From an uncultured bacterium (GTDB lineage: Bacteria; Krumholzibacteriota; Krumholzibacteriia; Krumholzibacteriales; Krumholzibacteriaceae): a DNA stretch of 64,000 nt. Where the stretch lies: NCBI GenBank assembly GCA_963786935.1, contig CAWBAN010000001.1, positions 1,312,001-1,376,000 of the forward strand. The letters are read 5' to 3'. Position 1 is the first letter of the stretch; each line of letters opens with the position of its first letter. Positions 27,575 to 36,321 of the stretch are shown here, in pieces. The notes below the pieces were generated by a model. It saw only the letters and a list, made by a program, of their open reading frames with translations, searched no databases and was not told the origin of the DNA. The translations under genes and the position numbers were made by a program.

Positions 27575-29407
27575 TCAGACGAGCGTCTCGAGCAGGGGGC
27601 ATTCCGGAGCGGCGCCGGCCTCATCCGCTTCGCGGCTGTACCGGATTTCCCAGCGAATCGCGGGGTAGAGCTCCTCGCCCCGCTCGGCGCAGCGGCGCTC
27701 GAAGCGCTCGCGAACGCTCTCCATCGCCTCGTCGACGCGCTCGCGCGAGGCGCCGGCGACGATCACGTCGTAGCTCCCCGGCTCCCCGCCCCGCGCGACG
27801 AGCCACTCTTCCGTTCCACGGAGGGAGCAGAGATCCGATTCGAACAGACGGTTGAACGATCCCGCGTCGGCGCGCGCTCCCGCCATTCGCACCGAGACCA
27901 CGTGCAGCGGGACGCGGCGGAGCCTCGAGCGCTCGAGCATCATATGGAGCGGATGAACGAGATCCTTTTCGCGGTCGAGCGGCGGGCTCGCGGGCAGCCT
28001 GAGATGGAGCCCGTCCCGGTCGAGCGACGCGTGAACGCCGCCGAGCGCGCGGGCGAGCCGCTCCAGCGTCGCCCCCCGGGCGAGATTCCCCGTCTCGCCC
28101 CGGTCCTTCGGATCGATCCGTCCGCCGCGCGATCCGCCGCACGGCCTGATCGATATCGAAATCCGCGGATCCTCAGCCGCCTCGCCCCGCGCGTCGCACG
28201 CGGCGACGGCGCACTCGACGGAGGGAACCTCGCCGAGCCGCTCGCCGATCGCCTCCACCGCGGCGGCGACGTATCTCGAGAGCAGCGAACGGCAGGTGAG
28301 GAGCGGGATATCGGACGAGCGCAGCTTGAATCCGGCGATCGCGCCGCGACGCTCCAGGTCCGCCAGCATTTCGCCGAGCGCGGCGTCCACGCTGATCAAC
28401 GATCGCCAAACGTTCATTGATCCGGATTCGACCAAAAATTCGCTCTGGAGCTCGTCGAACGAGCTGATGAGCTTCTCGATGCTTCGACAGCCGATATCGA
28501 GAAACCGCTCCCGCTCGGCTCCATCGAGGATGCTCCCCTTCTCGCTCAGAATCATGACCGCGTTGCGCGCCGACGTGAGCGGCGTCCGCATGCGGTGCGA
28601 AAGGCTCGTCGCGAACCGCAGGTGAAGCTCGTCGAGCTTGCGCCACTCGGAAAAATCGTGCATGAGCACGAGATACGAGCGGCCGGCGGCGGTTTCCGCG
28701 CACTCGTGAATCTCGAGGCCGAGGAGACGCGAAGCGCCGTTTCCGTCCGGAACGGGCACGTCGACGAAATTGACGCATCCGCCCGAGCGGCGCCCGTCCA
28801 TGATGCGCGCGACGAGCCCGACGCGATCGAGCGCCTCTCCCGCTTCGCGTTCACTCGCGGCGCCGAGGATCTCGCGCGCCCGCCTGTTGACGTGGATCGG
28901 CATGAACTCCTCGTCGAGGAGCACGATTCCCTGGCTGATCGGCTCGAGGAGATCCCGGGGCGCCGCGGCGCCGAACACGGGGCGCCGAACGCGTCTGCGC
29001 ATCTTCTCCACGATGAAATCGAGCTCGGCGTCGCGCACCGGCTTCAGGAGAACCTCGTCGGCCCCGTTCGCGGCGGCCGCGGCGAAATCCTCCGGCTCGC
29101 GCGACGCGGTTACGAGCGCGATGCCCCCGGCGAATCCCCCGGCGCGGGCCCGGGAGACGAGCTCGGTGCCGCGCATGAGCGGCATGTCGAGATCGGTGAA
29201 CAAGAACGCCGGCCGGGCCGCGGGGAGCGCGCCGAGAAGGCTCGCCGGATCGTCGAATCGAACCGCCCCGATGCCGCGCCGCGCGAGGTGCCGCTCGAGC
29301 AGCGACGCCATGAGCCGGTCGTCATCGATGATGAAGGCCGTTTCGGCGGCGCCGGCGCGGGAGGTCCCGTGTTCCGTATCGGTCGCGTGTATTCGTTCGT
29401 TCGACAC
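27575..29407 (-). CDS. Multidomain signalling protein: REC, PAS-like, HisKA, degenerate C-terminal domains
   Basis: IIDDD, FTDLDMP, LLKPV. PAS-like QGIVLLD...VNRRAREILG. H-box SHRMRTPLTS. Confidence 0.78.
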   Translation of the reverse strand: MSNERIHATDTEHGTSRAGAAETAFIIDDDRLMASLLERHLARRGIGAVRFDDPASLLGALPAARPAFLFTDLDMPLMRGTELVSRARAGGFAGGIALVTASREPEDFAAAAANGADEVLLKPVRDAELDFIVEKMRRRVRRPVFGAAAPRDLLEPISQGIVLLDEEFMPIHVNRRAREILGAASEREAGEALDRVGLVARIMDGRRSGGCVNFVDVPVPDGNGASRLLGLEIHECAETAAGRSYLVLMHDFSEWRKLDELHLRFATSLSHRMRTPLTSARNAVMILSEKGSILDGAERERFLDIGCRSIEKLISSFDELQSEFLVESGSMNVWRSLISVDAALGEMLADLERRGAIAGFKLRSSDIPLLTCRSLLSRYVAAAVEAIGERLGEVPSVECAVAACDARGEAAEDPRISISIRPCGGSRGGRIDPKDRGETGNLARGATLERLARALGGVHASLDRDGLHLRLPASPPLDREKDLVHPLHMMLERSRLRRVPLHVVSVRMAGARADAGSFNRLFESDLCSLRGTEEWLVARGGEPGSYDVIVAGASRERVDEAMESVRERFERRCAERGEELYPAIRWEIRYSREADEAGAAPECPLLETLV

Positions 29408-29464
29408 CGGATGACATTCCTTTCAAGCGGGCGTTGCGATTACTTCGGTTACGCGCTGGCAAAC

Positions 29465-29479
29465 GCAAGGCGTGTGCCT
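29465..29479 (-). promoter_or_regulatory. Putative sigma54 (-24/-12) promoter
   Basis: AGGCACACGCCTTGC has exact GG-N10-GC spacing with GGCAC and TTGC cores, ~58 bp upstream of the GTG at 29407. Confidence 0.6.
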
Positions 29480-29565
29480 CGATTCACGCGAAACGACGCG
29501 GGCGTTCGAACGCGTTTGCGCCTTCATAGGGAACTTTAGGAGCGGCGCGGATTCGCAATATGCAT

Positions 29566-30384
29566 TCAGGGATTGATCGAATCGGGGCGCGGCGCGGAGC
29601 GGGAAGGCGGAAAACGGTACGCGAGAGCGATCGAAACGGACGAATCGAACGCGCGCGAGGAGGCTTCGCCGGTTTCGGCCGCCCCCCCGAGCTCGAGCAG
29701 GAGCTGCTTCGAGAGGGCGCACCCGATCGAGAGCGCGTACTGCGTGCGCTCATCGCCGTTTTCGAAGCCGATGAAGAACGCCGCGCAGTCGATCGATATC
29801 GACCCGGGGAGCCGCGCGCCGATCGAGGCGGCGAGCGTGAAGTGAGCGTCGTTGACGAAGCCCTCCTCGTCCCGCACGTCGGGAACGATCGTGTAGAGCG
29901 CCGCCGCGCTCACGTCGAGGCCGCGGGCCGCGAGGCGGGCCTCGATCCCTCCCTCCCCTTCGGACGTCGCGTCCGAGAAGGGGCGCAGGGACGCGGATCC
30001 CGTCGGGATCCGGGCGTCCGCGCGGATGAACAGCCTCACGGCACCCGCCGAATCTCCCGCCACGCGGGCGGCGGCGTGCAGCATCAGATCGCCGAATCCG
30101 TACCGGATGCCCGCGGTGTCCCGTACGGCGGGAAACTGGAGCCCGATCCGGACCTCGATCCGGGAGCGGGGACGGATGAGAACGTCGCCCGTGAGGAGCG
30201 AACCGCGCTGCCAACCGAGGTCGCACTCGCTCTGCCGGATGACGATGATCGCGCGCGTCGAATCGCTCGGCGGAATCGCGCGGAAGAATGAATGGGGATC
30301 GCAGTAAAATCCGGTCGCGCCGACCGGCACGACCGGAAACGCCGCCGCGGCGGCGAAAAGGATCAGGAAGGACGCGAGTCTCAC
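29566..30384 (-). CDS. Hypothetical exported protein, possibly an outer-membrane beta-barrel
   Basis: Signal peptide, GFGDL and IPTG motifs, alternating beta strands, ALAYRF near the C-terminus. Confidence 0.6.
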   Translation of the reverse strand: MRLASFLILFAAAAAFPVVPVGATGFYCDPHSFFRAIPPSDSTRAIIVIRQSECDLGWQRGSLLTGDVLIRPRSRIEVRIGLQFPAVRDTAGIRYGFGDLMLHAAARVAGDSAGAVRLFIRADARIPTGSASLRPFSDATSEGEGGIEARLAARGLDVSAAALYTIVPDVRDEEGFVNDAHFTLAASIGARLPGSISIDCAAFFIGFENGDERTQYALSIGCALSKQLLLELGGAAETGEASSRAFDSSVSIALAYRFPPSRSAPRPDSINP

Positions 30385-30396
30385 GGGAACGCCCTT

Positions 30397-30843
30397 CTAC
30401 ACCACGCCCTCCAGCAAGCGGGTTTTTCCCTGGTTCACGAAATGAACGACGATCGTCCTGCGGTGGCCGGAAAGGGTCTCCTTGGCAATCACCTTTCCGT
30501 AGTCGTTCCAGGAGCGGTGGTAGATGACCTCTCCGACGTTGTAATCGCCCCCCTCCTGATACTCCCGAGCGTTCTCGGTGGAAAGGTCCTCGATGGCGAG
30601 GTCCTCGCCCTTCGCGCTCGCCTCCTCCTTTTCGGTCTCCTCGACCTCATCGATATCTTCCTGGTTGAGCATATGCGGCAGGTAGCCGCGGCAGCCGGGA
30701 CAGTTGAGCCAGATCACGTCCTGCGCATCCGACTCCTCGACGATCGGCATATCGAACGTCTTCTTGCATACGGAACAGTACTGCTCCACGGTTTTGCCGC
30801 GTTCCTTCCTGCTCTTCACTCTGCGCTGCGTCACCGAACCCAC
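30397..30843 (-). CDS. Zn-ribbon, acidic linker and Tudor/SH3-like domain protein (start uncertain)
   Basis: CSVC...CPGC, acidic run, YNVGEVIYHRSWNDYGKV...IVVHFVNQGKTRLLE. Confidence 0.75.
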   Translation of the reverse strand: MGSVTQRRVKSRKERGKTVEQYCSVCKKTFDMPIVEESDAQDVIWLNCPGCRGYLPHMLNQEDIDEVEETEKEEASAKGEDLAIEDLSTENAREYQEGGDYNVGEVIYHRSWNDYGKVIAKETLSGHRRTIVVHFVNQGKTRLLEGVV

Positions 30844-30870
30844 CCCCGTGCAACCGTTGTCAGGCGCCCG

Positions 30871-31056
30871 TTACTGCGACACGATCCTGCAGCATTCGTC
30901 CGCTTCCCTCGCCGAGAGAAACCTCATGCCGCAGACCGGGCACACGTGCTTTCCATCGAGTCTGCCCTCGGCTTCCGCCTTCGCGAGGAGCCGGTGGAAT
31001 TTTACGTAGTTCTTGTCTTTCTGAAGTAGTGTATCCTCCTTGTCCACTCTCGTCAT
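30871..31056 (-). CDS. Small Cys-rich hypothetical protein (61 aa)
   Basis: ATG 31056 after GGGAGG. CPVCGMRF...ECC. Strong promoter upstream. Confidence 0.7.
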   Translation of the reverse strand: MTRVDKEDTLLQKDKNYVKFHRLLAKAEAEGRLDGKHVCPVCGMRFLSAREADECCRIVSQ

Positions 31057-31138
31057 TTCCACCCTCCCTTTCAGGGATACCGCTTCAAAGCCCCACCTGG
31101 TGTAGTTTTCACGCGCAGCCCATACCATATATGGTGGG

Positions 31139-31167
31139 CTTATACCATTTCTCCTTTCGGCTGTCAA
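31139..31167 (-). promoter_or_regulatory. Near-consensus sigma70 promoter
   Basis: TTGACA-N17-TATAAG with extended -10 TG. Confidence 0.75.
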
Positions 31168-31199
31168 CAAGATTCCCGGAAGAATCGAACGCGCCGTTG

Positions 31200-33581
31200 T
31201 CACCGGAGAATGACGACCTTCCGCACGGCGGTCTCGCTCCCCGCGGAAACGCGCAGGAAATACACTCCCGCCGGGACGGTCCTGTCGCCCGAATCGGTTC
31301 CGTCCCACGAGAGCGTCATCAAGCCGCTGAAGACCCGGTTCGAATAGATGTCCTTGATGCGCTGGCCGAGCACGTTGTACACGACGATGTCGACCTGCGT
31401 CCTGATCTCGCCCATCGTGTTCGACGAGGACGCCGCGCTCCTCGCCCCCGCTCCCTGGCCCGCGGATCCCGCCGCCGCGCGGCTCGAGTTCTCGACGCCG
31501 AAGCTCTTCGGCACGCTCACCGTGAACGTGACGCGGTCCCGCGTCGGATTGGGGAGCAGATTCGAAATGATCCCCGACGCGACGGGGACGCTCGCCGTCG
31601 CCGTCACTTCCTGGGACGAGAACGCGTACTCATGAAATTCGCCGCGGAAGGTGATCGCGAATTTGCCCTCGAGCCGGTAGCTGTACCGGCGCGTCGCGAC
31701 GACCGACGTATCGAGGTAGCTGTACGCGCGGCGGTTGCCGATGCCGTCCGGCGTCGAGACGGTGGCGAGCTTCGTTTCGGCACCGCCCGTGGTGAGGTCC
31801 GCGCGCCACACGTCGAACTGCGCGCCGAACAGCTCCACGGCCGTCGTCCACGCGACCCGGATGTCCTCCGAAACGGGAGTCGCGTACACCGTGTTGTACT
31901 TGAGCCCGATGAGGAACAGATTCTTCGACGCCGTGTCGCAGAGGCCGACCTTGTTCTCGGCACGGAAATCGACCACGTTGAGGCCCGGCTCGAGCCCGGT
32001 CGCCACTTCACGCGCGATCACGATGTTCGAGGATTTCCCCCACCGGGGATCGCTCGGATTCTGCGCCTCCCATCCCTGTCCGTTGATCGAGAGCCATCCG
32101 CCCTTGATCGGGGCGGCGTAGTCGACTCGTTCGGGCGGCTCCTGCTGCATCGGGTTCTGATTGGGGACCGCGGGGTTCCGGATCGTGATCGTCAGAAAAT
32201 ACTCGTCGCCGGGCAGCAGCGTATCGATCGCCCCCGGTATGCTCGTGAACTCCACCGTCGGCGCCAGGGAGAAGATCTTCAGATAGGTCGTGCTGCCAAT
32301 GTCCACGCTTCCCATCCCCACCTGTCCCTGCGTGTATTCGCAGATCGGCTGAGGCTCCGCGAAGGGGGGCGCGCTCGTCTGCATGATGCATTCGACTCTA
32401 GGTACGCCTGGACAATTTTGGTACACAGTGTTCATGTTCGGGACAGCAAGATATCCCGATTTGGCCGAGCACGGCTGCTCCGCGGAGGCGTACTCGTCGA
32501 GCGCCCAGAACGTGTGGCTCATCTCGTGGATGAACACGCGGCCGAAGCCGAGCCCGTACCCGTACCGGCAGGCCGGATACGGTATGAGGAGGTACGGCCC
32601 GCCGAGATACGAGTAGGCGACGTAGCCGGCGCCTCCCCAGCAGCCCGGATCGGGGCTCGGCGGGGTGGCGCTGTAGTGGTTGCTCATGTCGGCGATGAAC
32701 GCGGTGAACACCCAGTCCGTTCCGTAGGTGTTGCGCGTCGCGTTGTTGAGCAGGTGCGCTCCATAGTACGCGCCGTAATCATAGCCGAGATTCCTGAGCA
32801 CTTCCCCGATCCAGATGTCGTCGGTGCCCATGTCGCTCTCGATCGGCTCCATCGTGACGGGAATCCGCCTGAAGTTCGAGTAGTTGTACACGAAGCTGAG
32901 ATCGTTGTACCAGAGCGCCTTCTGCATATACTGCGATATGCCGAGCGCGAGGGCGCTCATGGCGCCCGAGATCTCGTCTTCGGTCCAGTCCTCGGACGAT
33001 CCCGCGCTCTCGGGGAATACCACATTAATGAGGACGCTCCCGACGAGGAACTCGGCGTTCTCACGGATGCTGCGGTCGGCGAGCTCCGCCGTCGAGCCGC
33101 GTCGCGGGCCGCCCGTCGGGGGCATCGTCCCCCGCACGACCTCCTCGGGAACCCGGAGCACCCGGTCTTCGATCGGTCCGGCTTCCTCGAACGAGCCCGT
33201 CTCCGCGGCGCGCGCCGCCCGGACGATCGACTCCTGCTCGAGGAGGTCGCCGACGACGCGCTCGGCGATCCCGTCGAGCCCCGCTCCCCGCAGCTCGGCG
33301 CGGGCGAAGCAGAGATCGACGTCGAGGCCCGCGAAGGTCGCGGCGTCGGGCCGCTCGGCGAAAAATCCAAAGATGGCGTCGGGAGGAAACATCTGCACGC
33401 CGCGCGCCCCCGTCGATTCGACGATCGCGCGCGCTCCGGCGAACGTCGCCTGCGAATGATCCGCGATCACGATCGCGACGGCATACAACGCATCGTACGA
33501 GCCGTGCGATTCCGCGAAGGAGGCGGTCGGAACGAGCGCGAGAGCGATGAACAGAGCGCGGATACCCCGGAATCGAGCCAT
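31200..33581 (-). CDS. Secreted zinc metalloprotease with C-terminal FlgD-Ig-like (T9SS-CTD-like) domain
   Basis: Start MARFRGIRALFIALAL. HEMSHTFWALDEY. C-terminal LPNPTR...VYNVLGQRI...WDGTDSGDRTVPAGVYFLRV...RKVVILR. Confidence 0.85.
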   Translation of the reverse strand: MARFRGIRALFIALALVPTASFAESHGSYDALYAVAIVIADHSQATFAGARAIVESTGARGVQMFPPDAIFGFFAERPDAATFAGLDVDLCFARAELRGAGLDGIAERVVGDLLEQESIVRAARAAETGSFEEAGPIEDRVLRVPEEVVRGTMPPTGGPRRGSTAELADRSIRENAEFLVGSVLINVVFPESAGSSEDWTEDEISGAMSALALGISQYMQKALWYNDLSFVYNYSNFRRIPVTMEPIESDMGTDDIWIGEVLRNLGYDYGAYYGAHLLNNATRNTYGTDWVFTAFIADMSNHYSATPPSPDPGCWGGAGYVAYSYLGGPYLLIPYPACRYGYGLGFGRVFIHEMSHTFWALDEYASAEQPCSAKSGYLAVPNMNTVYQNCPGVPRVECIMQTSAPPFAEPQPICEYTQGQVGMGSVDIGSTTYLKIFSLAPTVEFTSIPGAIDTLLPGDEYFLTITIRNPAVPNQNPMQQEPPERVDYAAPIKGGWLSINGQGWEAQNPSDPRWGKSSNIVIAREVATGLEPGLNVVDFRAENKVGLCDTASKNLFLIGLKYNTVYATPVSEDIRVAWTTAVELFGAQFDVWRADLTTGGAETKLATVSTPDGIGNRRAYSYLDTSVVATRRYSYRLEGKFAITFRGEFHEYAFSSQEVTATASVPVASGIISNLLPNPTRDRVTFTVSVPKSFGVENSSRAAAGSAGQGAGARSAASSSNTMGEIRTQVDIVVYNVLGQRIKDIYSNRVFSGLMTLSWDGTDSGDRTVPAGVYFLRVSAGSETAVRKVVILR

Positions 33582-33685
33582 GGGTCCCCCCTTAGATCTA
33601 TGGTGCTCATCGAAAAATAGCCTACCGGCAATCGCTTCGCAATGGAAAATCAGAAAGGACCGGGGAATACGCGCGTCCCGCGCCG

Positions 33686-34453
33686 CTACGGGCGGCGCCG
33701 CGGTTTCGAAAACGAGAGCAGCATCGCTTCGGTCGAAGTCTCGCGCGGGCGGGACGACGCGGGAGCGCCTGCGCTCTCCGTGCGGCTCTTCTTCTCGACC
33801 GCGCTTCTCACGAGACCCCAGAGAGGAACGTCGCGGGAGATCCAGAGCCGGCTGCGCTCCTCCTCGACCCGCCGCGCCGCCGTTCCGCCGAGATCCACGG
33901 TCTTCGTTTCGTTCCGCCAATACTCGGCCCCCTCGCACGCGAACGTCCCGGCCGGCACGGAGACGCGCGCGGAGCCGAGCGGAGCGCGCGCGAACCGGTC
34001 GCCCGGACGGAGAAAGATCGATTCGATGTCCAGACGATCGAGCTCCTGCGCCGTCGGCGCACGGAACGCGCCGGTTCCCTCCTTGACGGCGACGTCGAGC
34101 AGGCAGGACCGGACCGCCTCGGGCGACGTCGCGGACATCACGCGCTCCGCGATCCGGAGCCGGATCGTGACGCTCTCCTTCTTCGAGCGCGGATAGGGGG
34201 ACGTGACGACCTCGAGACGGAACGCCCCTCCCTTCCGGTCGAGAACGCGGAGCTCGACGTAGGACGAGTCGGCGGCGCCGAACGATTTCGAAACGACGAG
34301 ATAGGAAACGCGGGCTCCCGGCTCGATGGAAAGGGCTTCGAGCGACATTCCCGGAACGAGAAAATCGACGCCGGCGGCGCGGGCGGCGGACGGCGCGAGC
34401 GCGGCGGCGGCCGCGACGACGATCGAAACGACGATATGCCGTATGCGGCTCAT
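33686..34453 (-). CDS. Hypothetical exported protein
   Basis: Signal peptide MSRIRHIVVSIVVAAAAALAPSAARA, VSVPAGTF motif. ATGA overlap with the upstream cytochrome gene. Confidence 0.72.
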   Translation of the reverse strand: MSRIRHIVVSIVVAAAAALAPSAARAAGVDFLVPGMSLEALSIEPGARVSYLVVSKSFGAADSSYVELRVLDRKGGAFRLEVVTSPYPRSKKESVTIRLRIAERVMSATSPEAVRSCLLDVAVKEGTGAFRAPTAQELDRLDIESIFLRPGDRFARAPLGSARVSVPAGTFACEGAEYWRNETKTVDLGGTAARRVEEERSRLWISRDVPLWGLVRSAVEKKSRTESAGAPASSRPRETSTEAMLLSFSKPRRRP

Positions 34454-35802
34454 AGGCCGTCCGCGCGTCCGCAGTGAGGAACGCGGCTCCAGTACAGCTG
34501 ATAATCGAAATCGGGGCTCCATTTCGACGTATGACACGTTCTGCACGACTGGCGCGCCGCGGACGCATAGGAGCCGTCCCGGGAATGCGCCGTGCCGGGA
34601 CCGTGGCACGACTCGCACTGAACGCCGAGAAGATACGGAGCGCCCTCCTTCTCCGCGGCCGGATCGTATCCGCCCGGCCTCCGGTACCCGGTCGTGTGGC
34701 ATGCGAGGCATTCCGGATTGGATTCCTGCCCGCGCTGGCGCAGCGTTTCGAAAGCGCGGAAATGCCTGCCGCCGACGAATCGGGGCATGAGATCGGCGTG
34801 GCATCGCCTGCAGATGTCCATGCCGAGATACCGATCGACGATCCTGCCCGTCGAGGCGTCGCGCGAGAGCGCCCGGCTGACCTGCAGCTCCCGCTGCTTC
34901 ATCCGCTCCTCGGAACGGTACGCGGCGAGATCCCGCGCCGCGGCGGAATCGTCCGGCACGCTCGCGTCGAGACGGATCAGCGCGCTCTCCATGACTGCGG
35001 GGCCCTTCCCCCCGACGCCGGCGATGGTGACGAGCCCGAGATTCCTCCCGCGCTCCCCCGAGAAGAACACGGGAACGCCGCCGGGCTCGGACGCCGCCGA
35101 CAGCGTATCGACGCAGCTCTCGCGCTCCCGTTCCCCCTCGCCGCCGTGCCCCCGGATGACGACGTCGATTCCCTCGAGCGACGGGAGAATCTCATGCAGC
35201 TTCTCCCGCCGCATATGGGCGAGCAGCACGACACAGTCGCACTGCCGGCGAAGCGCCGCGAGCGCCTCCCGCCCCTCGAGCGCCGGGTCGCGGACCTCGA
35301 CGCCGTCGATATCGCGCGGCGCCTCGCCGAGGAGCGCCATGACGCCTACCGTGGCCCCGCCGACGCGCCTGATGACGAACGGCGGAAACATGCGCGCGCC
35401 GTTTTCGTAGAGATTCGCGCAGACGATCGGAAGCCCCGCCTCCGCGTGCGATTTGAGCGCGCGGGTTCCGTAGTTCAGATCCCGCTCGCCGACGGCCGCG
35501 GCGCCGAAGCCCGCGTCGATCATCGTGCGGACGAGAAACCGGGTCCGGTACATCTCGATGATGCCCGTTTCCCCAGAATAATCCCCCGCCGAGAGCAGGA
35601 GAAGCTGTGGATCGAGATTCCGGCGCTCCTTGATCGCGGTGGCCCGCCGGGCCACCCCGCCCGTGGCGTGGTCCCCTCAGCCGGCGGGAACGATCCAGCC
35701 CCGCTCGTCCCCGGCGAAAAGAATCGTCAGCGACGACTCCTCGCGGCAACCCGCGGCGAGCGCGACGACGGCGGCCAGAACGAACAACATGATTCGCTTC
35801 AT
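34450..35802 (-). CDS. Putative selenoprotein: lipoprotein with UshA-like (5'-nucleotidase-fold) domain and tetraheme c554-like cytochrome; UGA at 35677-35679
   Basis: ATG 35802 gives MKRIML...LAAGC...GDERGWIVPAG-TGA-GDHATGGVARRATAIK, in frame with ORF 34450..35655. Four CXXCH: CRRCH, CLACH, CESCH, CRTCH. Confidence 0.85.
35638..35656 (-). promoter_or_regulatory. Putative SECIS hairpin of the Sec-cytochrome gene
   Basis: Perfect 8-bp stem GGUGGCCC-GGC-GGGCCACC. The G-initiated loop starts 27 nt after the UGA. Confidence 0.62.
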
Positions 35803-35866
35803 GGTTGAACTATAAATGGAAAGGGCAAAGAAAGCGAGCTTCCTTTGCCCCGGATCATTAGCCATC

Positions 35867-36160
35867 CTACTTCGCGATGCGGGCCTTGAGCGCCTTGCCG
35901 GCCGCGAACGCGGGAAACTTCGTCGCCGGAATCGAAATCGCTTCGCCGGTCTGCGGATTGCGTCCCATGCGTTTCTTTCTCCTGCGGGTCATGAAGGTGC
36001 CGAAGCCGGTAATCTGGACCTTCCTCCCGGCCGCGAGCTCTCCGGCGAGAATGCCGTCCTTGAGAGAGGTGCTGAATATCGCCTCGACGACGCCCCGCGA
36101 ATCTTTCAGAGTGAGTCCGGTCTTCTTCGCTACCTTGTCGATCAATTCGGTCTTGTTCAT
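35867..36160 (-). CDS. hup: HU family DNA-binding protein
   Basis: [48 protein letters not shown]. Confidence 0.95.
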   Translation of the reverse strand: MNKTELIDKVAKKTGLTLKDSRGVVEAIFSTSLKDGILAGELAAGRKVQITGFGTFMTRRRKKRMGRNPQTGEAISIPATKFPAFAAGKALKARIAK

Positions 36161-36197
36161 GGTTCACCTCCTTCGTGTTGTGAGTGGATTCAGCGCT

Positions 36198-36226
36198 ACC
36201 GTACGCCCCGTTCCCCGCGTTGTCAA
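36198..36226 (-). promoter_or_regulatory. Putative sigma70 promoter of the HU gene
   Basis: TTGACA-N17-TACGGT. Confidence 0.6.
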
Positions 36227-36321
36227 CATTTTTGTCGCGGTTTCCCGGCGCGGATACGGCGTATTCGGGGCATCGCCGAAAGCGCCGCGGGCGGGCCGCG
36301 TCGTTCGGCGCGCCGCCGCCG

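Noticed and set aside
35677..35865. Stand-alone 62-aa ORF, or a nonsense-mutated pseudogene
   Set aside because: The TGA is in frame with the downstream domain at a Cys/Sec motif position, has a SECIS-like hairpin, and a Sec-type SelD is in the same window.
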